DNA from: Felis catus
Lineage: Eukaryota
Reading direction: 5' to 3'
Length of the DNA: 64,000 nucleotides
Assembly: GCF_018350175.1 (NCBI RefSeq)
Contig: NC_058368.1
Coordinates: forward strand, 7,874,001-7,938,000
The notes beneath the pieces were generated by a model. The model was not told where the DNA came from. It ran no database searches and worked only from the letters and a program-made list of their open reading frames with translations. The position numbers and the translations under genes were made by a program. Below are positions 24,521 through 36,465 of the stretch, one piece after another. Every line of letters starts with the position of its first letter. Position 1 is the stretch's first letter.

Positions 24521-25233
24521 CTTTGGGGTAGACAGGGCAGGCATTTGAACGCGGGAAGGAAGGAATCCCTGATGGATAGTTTGCCTGTCCGGTGCTCTTC
24601 CCAGGTAGAGACGAGCACAGAGAAGCTGAAGTGACAGCAGGGCCAGTGGAATAAAAAGCCGGAGCCTAAGTAATTCCAACGGTACTTGCCGACGGCCACT
24701 GTAGGGATGGAATGCCAGGATCCGACAGGAAACAAGCTTTCGTGTGGAAGGGTTGGTGTCTCAGGATGGCATGTCTTACTGCCGGAAAACAGGGCTGTGA
24801 CGCTTCCTGTACAGATTTTGCCAGCCGAGGCTGTGATCGTAGGCTAGCTCCCCTCCCCGCCCCCACGAGCACGTCTCCATCTGACTTAGGCACTGTTCAC
24901 AGGTGGGCATGTCAGGCTCCTTCCAACTGAGTCACTGCCTCACGCGTTTGGACTGCCTGTCTCTGTTGGGAGTTTTCTGCATGTTTCCACTTCTTAAATC
25001 CCAGGCTTCCTTCTCTGCTCTGGTGCTCATGGCCCTGATTTTATACCCTCTTTCTTGCCCTTCTGAGGGGGAAAATAGTGCTTTTCTGCAGTGCCTGGAC
25101 ACTGTAGTTCAGGGAGGCAAGTAGCCCTCAAATGTCCCCATTACATTTTCCCCAGCATCTTCCTTCACACCCCTCCATCGATTGATCATAGAAAAGACTC
25201 CCCCCCCCTCCCCCGCCCGCCCAATTTCCTTAC

Positions 25234-25328
25234 TCAATCTTCAGTGAGGCCTTGGGTTTGCTCTCAGCCCAGGTGAAGCGCTTCAGCAAGGGGGAGGCCA
25301 GCAGAGAGCCACTGTCCATCTGGTAATC
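25234..25328 (-). CDS. FLT1: FLT1 exon 29
   Basis: caccag|GAT ... GA|gtaagg; 95 nt; DYQMDSGSLLASPLLKRFTWAESKPKASLKI. Confidence 0.95.
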
Positions 25329-25747
25329 CTGGTGGGGGGGGGGGGGAGGAAAAAGGGTTACACTTCTTGCCTCACCCAGAGGGGGCCACGCTGAGTGTGG
25401 GGGGGGGATAATACTTGGCTGCACACTCAAAGTCACCCCAAGCTCTGTCCTCACCTGCCTATTAAGACAAAGCATTTTCTCCATAGGGGGCAAATCTACA
25501 TTTTGTTGCAAGCAATGCCTATTATTCCCAGTGACTTGGAGGCCCTTATTTCCCGAAGGGGAAGGAAATGCATTTAAACACAAGGGAAAACTGCAAGTAA
25601 CAGGTGAGCATTTTTTATAGTAAACTTTTATACACATTATTGCCTACATACACTAAAACGAATTTTGGCAGAGGACTATCATCTATGGGTATGCTGTTCT
25701 TTGGTGGCCACAGAAAAGATGCACCACACAAAAAATTCTGAGAAATT

Positions 25748-25940
25748 GGAGCATCTGGGTGGCTCAGTTAAGCATCTGACTCTTGATTTGGGCTCAGGTC
25801 ATGATCCCAGGGTTGTGGGATCACACCCCATGTTGGGCTTTGCACTGAGCTTGGAGCCTGCTTGAGATCTTTCTCTCTCTCCCCTGCTCACACACTCTCT
25901 CTCTCAAGAAAAAAAAACAAAACAAAAACAACAACAACCA
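25748..25940 (+). mobile_element. Can-SINE
   Basis: ctgggtggctcagttaagcatctgactcttgat.., CT tract, A/C tail. Confidence 0.85.
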
Positions 25941-26040
25941 AGAAATTATGAAGACATGGTTTAAAAATCAGTTTTTTTTCTTATGACTCCTATGGAATTG
26001 TCAGACCCTCAGCTGTCATGATTTCCAGCACAATTCCATG

Positions 26041-26246
26041 TTTTTTTAATGGATTTTTTAAATGTTTTATTTGCTTTTGAGAGAGAGAGAGAGAGCACAA
26101 GGTGGGGAAGAACAGCCAGAGAGGGGACAGAGGATCCGAAACAGGCTGAGAGCAGAGAGCCCGACGTGGGCTCAAACTCACAAACCGTGAGATCATGACC
26201 TGAGCTGAAGTTCGGCACTCAACCAACTGAGCCCCCCCAGGCACCC
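26041..26246 (-). mobile_element. Can-SINE
   Basis: Full element; attccat on both flanks. Confidence 0.88.
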
Positions 26247-26732
26247 TTCAACATTCCATTTTCTCGTTGGTTCATCTTTAGCGTCGGGTTTTTGGCAGGT
26301 CTTCCTTACTGTGCTAACACAGCATTCCCAGTGAGTGGACTCTTTGTTCCTGCCACCCTTGAGTCTCCCTTGGGTTGTGTTTGTGTCCTTGATCATCAGT
26401 AGACAAGCCTAAGCCAAGGAGCTTGCAGTCCCCACTGAATCCCGGTGGGGAGGGTTAAGGTTGAGAGAAGTCTTCCGTGTTTTGCTCAGTGTCGTTTCCT
26501 AGCACTTAAAACCAAAGCAGAAAAACAAAATTTCCAGCTACTTTTGTATGACTGGAATACTTTTGTATGACTTATTTGTCATGTTTTTAAATGTTTTGAT
26601 CACTTTCTCCTCTTTATCTAGTGCGTTTGAGAAGCTTTTGGTGCTTTTTAATCTCCAGGCCACTGGGTTTGTGGCCATCACCTTCACACCATGGCGGGTT
26701 TCCCAGGCCCTTTATGGGACGTGGGCATCACC

Positions 26733-26838
26733 CCTGCTTCTCAAACTTCACTGTTCACATCCATCCCCTGGGGACTTTGTGACAGTGCGAAGTCTGACTC
26801 TGGGAGTGTGGGTGGGTCCTGAGATTCCGCATTCCTAG
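26733..26838. mobile_element. MER5-like fragment
   Basis: cttctcaaactt..gtctgactc..gggtcctgagattccgcattcctagc. Confidence 0.5.
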
Positions 26839-27503
26839 CCCGTTTAGTGGCAACCGTGCTTACCTGGCCTGGAGATCACTTTGAGTGTAAGGGTCTTGAA
26901 GCAAAGGGTACTCTTGCCCAGTTTTCCCTCGCCTCCCCTTACTCTCAACCTCAAGGCCCAGAGCTTCCAAGTACAAGCTGGGTGGGGCCTTGGGTTTGCC
27001 AGGTTGTTCCGGATCACTTCTCCCATCGTGGCTGGGGAGGAACATGGCTATTCAGCCTCTAGAACCCTAGTGGGAAGGGACGTAAGGCCGAGGTAGGCTA
27101 CTCTTACGAGAGAGCTTTCTTTTCTGTTAGATCAGGAAGACCCAGCTACTCACAGCTTTGGATTCCTCCATTAATCTGAAAACAGGGTTCCATCATTGAT
27201 AGCTAAGAAGCTTAGAAACCCACCATGAAGTTATTGACTGAACTGTGACCCAAGGGACTAAATTATGACCAGGTGAGGACTTGGACCCTGGAGTGAATTC
27301 TAGGTCACTGTCAAACTACAGAATTACCTGTTTTCACATCAGCTCCGTTTGGCTAAGTCTTGTCCCCTGAAATTGTTGTCTGAGCCACTCATTACTGACC
27401 CCTATGAACTGGGAGCCAGCAGGTTACTGGAGCTTGTGTTTGGGTAAGAGTCTGGCAAAGGGTCCTGCCATAGTGCACTAAGTAGGCTAATCCCATCACT
27501 TAC

Positions 27504-27588
27504 ATCGAAGATCGAGGTGGCGTTTGGCGAAAGTTCTTCAAAGGTTTTGATTCTCTCCAAGCTTAAGAAATTGAAAGCATTTACATAT
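27504..27588 (-). CDS. FLT1: FLT1 exon 28
   Basis: ctcag|A TAT ... GAT|gtaagt; 85 nt; YVNAFNFLSLERIKTFEELSPNATSIFD (Y1213-equivalent YVNA). Confidence 0.95.
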
Positions 27589-29227
27589 CTGAGGAAGAAG
27601 CAGAAGGATAATCAAGATAGGAAAATGCATCTAGTTTTTATTAGTCGGGGGACTATGGGTACTGTCTCCCAGCTGAGATGAACCAGAGTACTGGAACTTT
27701 CCTGCTGTGTGTTCTCCTGGGAATCCTGACAGTGGTGGCCACTTCCCCCCTACGGCTGTCAATCCACACTGCACAGTTTTGGGAAAAATCCCATAGGGAC
27801 CCTGGAGAGACTCAGTAGTGGTTAGGCCTGTAGTCCCTTGTGGAACTGGGGAAATGTCAGGCCCAGAAGAAACCCGAGTCATCTTGTGGTCTAAACGCTG
27901 TATGTTACAGAGGAGAGAAATGATGCCCAGCGAAGGGGTGTGACTTGATAACGTGTAGCTGCCTGCTTCTCCAAGGATGTGAGGAGACCAATGAAATGAC
28001 CTCTCCAGGCCACACAGCTGATTTAATGGCTAGTCTTGTATATTCTGTTCTGGGATTACAGACTGGGTTGTAACTGTGTGTTTTCCCTATAACTACCTCC
28101 TGACCTTTTGTTGATGACCCACTAGGAAGGCTGGCAGAGATCTCCACCATCTGGCTCTTCCTCGGGCAAGTTCACCTACTGACGGAGTTTCTCAGTCTGA
28201 AACCCTGTCACCATCTGCAAGGCCCGATTTCTAGATGAGCACTTCATTGGTCGAAGGCTGAGCAACCCCCTGAAAGGGCTCAAACAACTTTGACAGCTTC
28301 CCTCCTTCATCTCTGACACAATCAGCTACTGCGAATGTGTTCGGTCTGACCTAGTTTTCTTGTCTTTAAAAAGAAATGGGTGATTCATTTGTTGCAGCCT
28401 GTTGGGCTGGTCACGGAGAGGGAGCAGTGCCACCGACATGTAACCCATTACCACAAATCGGGGCTGGTCACTGGACTTCTCGGCCTGTCACAGATGGCTG
28501 TCAGTCTTTTCAGACCGGCCCAACCCTTAGCTATGCCTCCCCTGGTCACCTGCCCAGTGTGGCTGAACTGAGGTCAAAGCTCTGGGGTTGTGCCTACCGC
28601 AGATGAAGACACTAGAAGGCCCATAGGATAGTCTTAAACACCCTAAACATCGTCCTAACTGCATGGAAACAAGGACGCAGTGTTAAAATACCTGGGTCAC
28701 AGACTCTATTCTGCCACTTTCTAGGCACACAGTTTGGCACGCTATCTTCCACGGAGCCTTCAGGGCCCCGTTTGTGTAACGGTAATAATAATATCTACCG
28801 TATAGTATTGTTTTGAGCATTAAAGGAATTGATGCTTTGTACAAAGAGCCCAGCACAGTCCCAGACCACGCACAGCATCAGTGCTGAATGTGTATGATAC
28901 ACACGTAACCATTAGTAGCGATGTTTGATTCGTATATGACTGTTGGCAGTGATGTGGGATACACACAGAGCCACTGGTAATGACGTGTTGACACACGTAT
29001 AATCGTTAGTACTGAAGAGCTGACCCCCGCCCCGCACCCAGTGGAGACACTGAATCCATACATTTTCCCTTGTCCCTTCTCCAATTTTCCTCTACAGTAA
29101 TGAATGGTATGTTAGTGTATCTGGTAAGAAAAACAAATTATTTTATCTAAGGTCTCATGAAAAAAAAAAAAAAGTCTTTGGGGGGGGAAAAAAAAAGATG
29201 TAAGATTATTCTAAATAAGAGTCAAGA

Positions 29228-29449
29228 GGGGCACCTGGGTGGCTCAGTCGGTTAAGTGTCCGACTTCAGCTCAGGTCATGATCTCACGGTTCGTGGGTTC
29301 GAGCCCCACGTCGGGCTCTGTGCCAACCGCTCAGAGCCTGGAGCCTGCTTCAGAGTCTGTGTTTCCCTTTCTCTCTGCCCCTCGCCTGCTCACACACTCT
29401 CTCTCTCTCTCTCTCAAAAATAAATAAACATTAAAAAAAATTTTTTTTT
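29228..29449 (+). mobile_element. Can-SINE (FLT1 intron 27)
   Basis: TSD aataagagtcaaga (29214-29227) / aacaagagtaaaga (29450-29463). Confidence 0.92.
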
Positions 29450-29583
29450 AACAAGAGTAAAGAAAACGCAATGTACTGTTCTTGATTGGATCCTGATTTG
29501 TTTTTTGTTTTTTCTTAAGGTATAAAAGACATTTGGGGAACTTACGGAAACCTGAATATTTAATAATATTAAGAAACTATCAA

Positions 29584-29794
29584 GGGACGCCTGGATAGCT
29601 CAATTGGTTAAGTGTCTGACTTCGGCTCAGGTCATGATCTCCTGGTTCGTGGGTTTGAGCCCTACTTTGGGCTCTGTGCTGACAGCTCAGAGCCTGGAGC
29701 CTGCTTCTGATTCTGTGTCTCCCTCTCTCTCTGCCCCTCCCCTGCTCATACTCTCTCTCTCTCTCTCTCTCAAAAATAAATAAACATTGAAAAA
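29584..29794 (+). mobile_element. Can-SINE (FLT1 intron 27)
   Basis: Full element; aactatcaa / aactaccaa flanks. Confidence 0.92.
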
Positions 29795-30054
29795 CAGAAC
29801 TACCAATTTTTTTCTGTGTGTGATAATTTTGATGTGGTAACACAGGAGAAAGATCTTACAAGATTTAGGGTAGAACGTTATAACGCCCGAAGCTCTCTTT
29901 CAAACAGTTGGGCAAAAAGAACCACATACATGCAGAGTATATGCGTAGAGACAAAATAGGGCAAAATGTTAACTGTGTTTGAATTTGGGAGGTGAGCTTT
30001 TTTTTCTGTTTGAAAATTTTATAATGTAAAGCTGAGGAAGGAAAGAAATCTTAC

Positions 30055-30197
30055 CTGACATTATCAGAACTTCCTGAATTAAACTGTGGAGCTGAAATAT
30101 CTTCCTTGAAGAAGTCATCAGAGAAGGCACGAGACGAGTATGAAAACCCGCTATTTCCTGTCAGTATGGCATTTAGCGGGATATAGTCCTTCCCATC
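30055..30197 (-). CDS. FLT1: FLT1 exon 27
   Basis: tttag|GAT ... AG|gtaaga; 143 nt; DGKDYIPLNAILTGNSGFSYSSRAFSDDFFKEDISAPQFNSGSSDNVR (Y1169-equivalent). Confidence 0.96.
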
Positions 30198-30461
30198 CTA
30201 AAATACCAAAGACAGAGCTTTAATTGTACAGATTTCTATTTCAGCCTATTTCTGTGAAACATACCAGCTTCCACTATGTCATGTCCACAATTTTTCTTAC
30301 GTTTGGGGAAGATAATTCTGCGTGCACACACATTTTTCTTTTAGCTTCTGATCTCAGCTATTAACAGCTCTTAAGACAACAAATAAAATACCTCCCCCCT
30401 TGACTTACATTCAAAGGCGTATCAGAATATCTTCTGATATTCTAGATTAGGTTAGCTTTAC

Positions 30462-30567
30462 CTGTTGTACATTTGCCTGGAGCAGATCGCCTAGTTTTTC
30501 CACAAGTTCTGCAAATCTTGGCCTTTCTTTTGGGTCTTTGTGCCAGCAGTCCAACATGATCTGATAG
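30462..30567 (-). CDS. FLT1: FLT1 exon 26 (end of kinase domain)
   Basis: aacag|C TAT ... CAG|gtaaag; 106 nt; [35 protein letters not shown]. Confidence 0.97.
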
Positions 30568-30968
30568 CTGTTGAGAGAAAGCACGGTAGAAATAGCTGGA
30601 GAGCAGTGGTGACGGTGTAGACTGCCCCACACATCCGCGACGTGATGGGTGTCGTCCTACAGATAATGGTTCTGCTTCTTGCGGCTTGATCCTTGCCCTC
30701 ACTTTTGGACTTGGGCCTGCAGCACCCCTCCCCCTCCCCCCCCACCCCCCGCCCAGGCTGTTTGGGCCGGGGTCCTACCGGTGGTGGGAAACGTGTCTAG
30801 AAAGGCAGACTAACAAACCCCGCCCTCCAGATCCTGTCACCACTCAAGTTTTTTGGAGGGCTTGAGGTCTCTGCAGAGGGGAAGACATAAGCTCTTCTTG
30901 AATAGAGCAGAGGTATTGGAAAGAAAATGTATATATTATATTTCTTAAGAAATTGGCTTGACCTTCTT

Positions 30969-31179
30969 AAAAAAATTTTTTTTTAATGTTTAAAGAGAGA
31001 GAGAGTGTGTGTGTGAGCGAGGGAGGAGCAGAGAGAGAGGGAGACAGAATCTGAAGCAGGCTCCAGGCTCTGAGCCATCAGCACAGAGCCTGATGGAGGG
31101 TTTGAACTCAGGAACGGTGAGATCATGACCTAGACTAAAGTCAGAGGCTTATTAACCAACTGAGCCACCCAGGCGCCCC
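30969..31179 (-). mobile_element. Can-SINE (FLT1 intron 25)
   Basis: Full element ending ..gagccacccaggcgcccc; tggcttg on both flanks. Confidence 0.92.
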
Positions 31180-34100
31180 TGGCTTGGGCTGCTTAATAAG
31201 GATGTAGTAGGTCTAGGGCCCCCCAGTTCCATTACTGAGCTCAGCAGCGGAGACTGGTGGAGAAGGCGCTGCATACGAGACTCATGCCACCTCCAAAGGG
31301 TGACAGTCTGTGTCAAGTATGAGGAGTCCCTTGGGCTGCAAGCAGGTTGCTTCCATGTGGAGGATCCCCTCTCCCCCCCCCCCGCCAACCCCAGCATTTC
31401 AAAGCAGCCATTACAAACTGGCCTCCCACGCTTCTCAGGGCACTGGGTACAGGTCGGGAAACGTCTGTCTTAATATTACAGAAACCAAATCGTGTCCTGG
31501 GGTTTAAATGTCAACAGGGTTCCTCTATGATTCTTCTCCTCTGACCTTTGAGATGTAAAAGTAACTGGGCCCTTCTCTGGGCTGCGTCGAGAGGATACAG
31601 GTCCCTGCCTACCCCCGTCCCTGAAACACACGCCGGAGCACCCTGCACAGACTGGCTTACACATTTACGCTCCTTGGGTGCTCTGCTCTCCTCAAGGGAA
31701 GTTCGCTGTCAGTCATCTCTTCTCTCCAAAGATCATCTGGGCCAGAGAGGGCTCTGACCAAGTTGGATCAAAAGCTGAATGTGCTCAGAATTTGGAACTG
31801 GACCAGAACCCGGCTGTTGGCGCTATGTGGGCAGGGACCACATCTCAGCCCCCGTCACCTAGCTCAGAGCCTGGCATATAAGCGCTCCAGTACTGATAAG
31901 GAAGTCACCCGAGACAGCAAGGCTTCCTTCCACGAATTCTTAATCATCTTGCAGATACTACTTGTAGTGCTGGGACCTGGGGGTTCCTGGGAAAAGCCTG
32001 AGAACCCCCCCCACGCTGCCGCCTCTTAGACATGCGCTTTCAGTCTGCACCAGCCTCTCCCAGCTGGGATATCCTTCTTTGGTTTCAAAGTATACGTGAG
32101 GTGGCCAACACAGACAGTAGGAGTATAGGCAGGTCACGAAAAGAGAAAAGAACGCGATCAGGAGGACGGGAAAATCAGACAAAAGGCAAAAAACTACAGG
32201 CAATGCTGATACCACAGAATTTATGTCCTGCCTCTGAGGAGCTGGAGAGAGGCAGCGCTCCAAGCTTCCAGGCAGCTGGTGAAAAGAAGGAATAATCGAG
32301 GACGTGATGCACGCAAGCCAAAAGTTAAAAACACACCAGTTACTTGGAAGAAGCACGGCTCTTCCTAGAACCGAAATCCGAAAGGAAGCCGTCCCAGACA
32401 CCTCTCAATCAATGGCAGGGTTTCCATCTAGGAAATAACGACTCCACGGGACCGTCTTGTACCCTTGTGTTTCAATGTTGGCCAAAGCCTTAACGGCAAG
32501 AATCCCAGTCAGCGAAAACAATTCTGAGAGGCAAGACACTGCGGTCCGGCTGCGTGTGGCTCTTTAGGTGCCCAGGGGAGGAGTGACCCCATGTGGTCAC
32601 CAGACACCCTCCGTGGATACTGGGCTTCAAAAGCAAGCTGTGCTAATACTTGGATGGTGGAGCTGAGGTTACTTTCTCCGTACCCAGCAAGTAGATCTCC
32701 CAGGTCTTTGATTAAGGGACAAAGACCCTCAAAGACCCTTTGATTAAGGGACAAAGACCCTCACAAAGATGTCTTGTCTGAATTGCAAATTCTCCTGCCT
32801 TTGTCCAAACTGATGGGTCAAGACTGTACTCAGAAGATGATTCTGGCTCTCTCCCACCCATGTATGTCATCCACTGTATCTATTCTACCTAAGTCCTAGG
32901 GGGTGCGGTGGGGGGTCAACTGGTCCCAAGAGCTGTGAAGCCCAATGTCGACCTCCTGAGGCTCACTTTGCAGACACATAGGAGACTGGGAGTGAGGACG
33001 GGAACACAGGCTCTCTAACTCTGGGCCACTGTCCCTTCTCTCTGGGAGACCTAGGAGAGGGCCGCAGTGCCCAGCGTCCCTAACTATCCCTGACCGGCAG
33101 CCTCAGAGTGAGGACTCAAAGGCACTTGCTCCTTTCCGGCAACCCGGGTCAGCCTGCTAGTGGCCAAAGGTCTGAAGTAGCCTAAGACAGACTGCACAGT
33201 CTTGTACGATCTCCCTTTAAGTCGACACATTCCACTAATTTACTGAGACGGGTGCACAAATGTTTACCTGCATTGGCTGTGACGAACCCTGGCCTGCTCC
33301 CACCTTCCCACACTGGAGCCTAATCATCCAAAGCAATTTCTAGAAATAAACAATCTCGGAGGCTGTTGGCAGGATGTTAAATACAGACACAGATCGTCTA
33401 TAAAAGGTAGGCAAAGCAAGAAAGGCTTTGAAATAGAAGGGGGGAAGGGGTGGTTCCTGAGAGTAGAGGGTGTGCAGTCATGCAGGGCCCCCCCACACAT
33501 ACACACACCCTCACTGCAAAGCATCCTTTCACCGCTGAGCAAGCTGCCGCGAGGACTCTCCCCGGGTCCTCTCCGCCGAAACTAGCAAAAGGGACCACCT
33601 ACAAACAACTTGCTGTTTTATTCTGATTCTTGGTTTCTGATTTCTAGTTTCCGCTCCTCTTGCCTAAAATCCAACGCAAATCATCTCAGCAAACACCAAA
33701 GGAAAATTAAAAAAAAAAAAAATTGGAAACATTCCTTGCTTATTTCCTTATTGAAAGACATCTGATTCAACAGGCCCTGGGCGAGGGACCGGCCACTCCG
33801 CGTCGAACGGTTTCCATCACTAAGTAAACAGGTTTAATAAAGAGACACCAGTTGCACCCAACCCAAGAGCCCTTCTTGAAACCAGCTGGGGGAAGGGCTT
33901 CCTTCTCAAGCTCTCACCCAAGCTCCCAAGTGCACGCCACTTGAGGCCAAGTTCAGGTCACAGAAGCCTGTTCCGAGGGCTGCACTCTGTCCCCCACCCG
34001 GGCCTCCCACAAGAAGGAAATTACATCAGCTCTCAAATGCTGGAGAGTGGCTGGAGGCTGGAAGTCTAGCCTGCCCAGCACACATTTCACAAAGCTGCTG

Positions 34101-34329
34101 CCTTTCAGAGTTTCTAAAACACCCCGGCATCGGAGAGCCGTCCTTTTCTCTACAGGCCGTGTGGGCTGTGCCACCCGGGAGGGACTCCTGTCAAGACTTG
34201 AAGCTTTGATCAAGTCCAAGGGGGTTTTCAGTCCAAAGCTGATAGGACTTTGTCCCTCTAGGGTCACTTTGGACCGGAATCTGGACAGATAATTAGACCC
34301 TGCAGGTTTGTGGCTCTGGGCTCAGACTG

Positions 34330-34500
34330 CCTCCTTGGCAGCGTGGCTAACCCTTTAGATGTTCCGTGCCTTGGTTTTCTTATCCGTAAATTGGAGATAA
34401 TAGTTGTGCCTACGTTGAGGGTTGTTACGAGCATCAGGTAAGTTAATATATGTTAAAAGACACTTAAAACAGGGCCTGGCACTTGAGCACTAAATAACTA
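34330..34500 (+). mobile_element. MIR SINE
   Basis: ccttggttttcttatccgtaaattggagataatagttgtgcctac..gggttgtt..acacttaaaacagggcctggcac. Confidence 0.7.
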
Positions 34501-35912
34501 CTTAGTTAATAAATATTAGACGTTACCTAATACTGGCTGCAATTATGATTATGGTTAGTAATGGAGAACCAGTCTTGTGATCATGAGATCATATGAAAAG
34601 TGGAAATATTCAAAGCATGAGTGGACATATTAGAGAAACCTCTTTTCTCAGGCATGTGGGGTATCTTTCTAATTTAACAGTCCCGTGAGCCGGGGAAATC
34701 AGTTCAAAAGACTGGCTTCTAAACGTCTCCTCTGCTACCTGGTTGACAGAGGACAAATCACTTCTGAGAGGATTAGCTTCATTACTCATCAAATTCAGAG
34801 GATAACATCTGCCTGTCTGCCCCTCAAGGTTTCTGGGAATTTCAGATGAAACTGTGGGCCGGGGCGGGGGACGGTGGGGAGAGGGACGCTTAGAACGCCG
34901 TCAAGTGCAAAGTCATCTCATTTTACACCGGATCTGACGGTTGCCCCCTCTCCACCAAGCAAAAGGAAGCAAGCGATTAAAAACTCTTCAACACCTTCAA
35001 CCCCCCACAGCCCGAATGTCGTTCTCGGGGCTGACCTAGCTCCGGTCCCAGCTCTCAGAACGGAGCCCTGCCTCAAGCTCTCTGCCCGTCACCCAGCAGA
35101 CACGGTGCAGGGCTGACCAGAACAGGTCCCCCCGGCTCCCTTCTGCACTCACGCTACTCCCCGACGCCGCCTTTATGGGCCCGGGTCCCCCGTCCTCGTC
35201 CTGCGTCTGACCTAGCCTTGTCTCCAGAGGCTGAAGGAAAGAGACAGCAGCCTTGCGCTTCGGCCAAGCCCACACTTCCTTCGTTCCCTCGGACTTCTCC
35301 CCAAAGGCCATCCCGGGGCTTCTGACAAGACCCCATGGTGTGGGTGGGACCGAGAGGGCCGCCTGCCAGTTCAGGAAAGGTGGTGCCGCCTTGGGGAGGC
35401 CCAGGCCCTTGTCAGCAGCTCAAGAAAACTGCAACTGTCACCACATTCCCGCTCGGGCCTTCACGTGCGAAACGTCCACAAAGCTTCAGGAAAAGAGGGC
35501 GTCCCAGGGAGGCCGGCGAACATTGGCACAGTGGAGACAGCCTTCCCGTGGGGCCTGGAGTCCTAGGATGGTAAGCGGGAAGCCCCCTCGAGAAGCTCCA
35601 CACAGCTGCCCACTCCTAAAACGAGTCCAGAGAAGCCTTCACGTCCATGGAGTATGGAGGACGCGGAGTGGGACTGCTACCTCGTTCAGGAGAGCCCCCT
35701 TTGCCTCTCCTACCCCTCTTCCCCTGAATTCCAAGTGAAACCCCCCTCATGGGTCTCTAGCGAACGGAGGAGGACCGTAGCGACCTTTAGGCCTTCATCC
35801 CCGTGGCTGAGCGGGGCTGGGAGCCCAAAGGTCAGCACCGCATCTCCTTTCTGGGGTGCGTCGGCAGGAAGGGTGTGGGCCCGACAGGGAAGGGAGGCGG
35901 CCGGGGGCTCAC

Positions 35913-36012
35913 ATTTCAGGAGTCGCGTATTCGGGGGCCCTCATCCTTATGCCTTCCTTCAGACGGCTGCAGAAGTCCTCGTCCATTTGTACGCCCGGGT
36001 ACGGGGACCCAC
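35913..36012 (-). CDS. FLT1: FLT1 exon 25
   Basis: tacag|GT ... AT|gtgagc; 100 nt; [33 protein letters not shown]. Confidence 0.97.
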
Positions 36013-36465
36013 CTGTAGGACACAGCGTGAGAAAGCACAGGGCTCCTCGTGGCTTCCGGGAGCGAAAGGCCACAGGGGAGCAACTGGTGTTTTCCTCCCC
36101 TTAAAGCGACGGTTCGGTCATAAATCCCCAGGGACTGGAATGGCTGCCCACACCCACACCACCCACAGAGAAGCCCAGCAAACCCTTGGGAGGCCACGGG
36201 CCTGGGGGTCTGACGCCCACAGGCCAGTCCTGTGGCTACTCCAGTCTGCGGGGTGGGGGCTCCCCGCGCCCCATAAGGAACTCTAAAGAAATCCTGTCAT
36301 TAGAGACTCATACCTTGGGTTAATGAGATTCTTTCTAAAAAGACAAGGGACCCGGAATAGGCCAGTCGTGGATCATTCCCACGTCAGCGAGAACGGTTTC
36401 CTTCGCTACTTTCCCTGACCTCCTCACAGGACCCAAGCACTAACACTAGCTGCTGTGTGGGACCT

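Noticed and set aside
26539..26572. 15-bp direct repeat tacttttgtatgact (period 19)
   Set aside because: Ordinary small tandem duplication with no inserted element or functional context
35654..36286. 210-aa plus-strand ORF overlapping FLT1 exon 25
   Set aside because: GC-rich antisense sequence with no recognisable domain; long ORFs are expected at this composition
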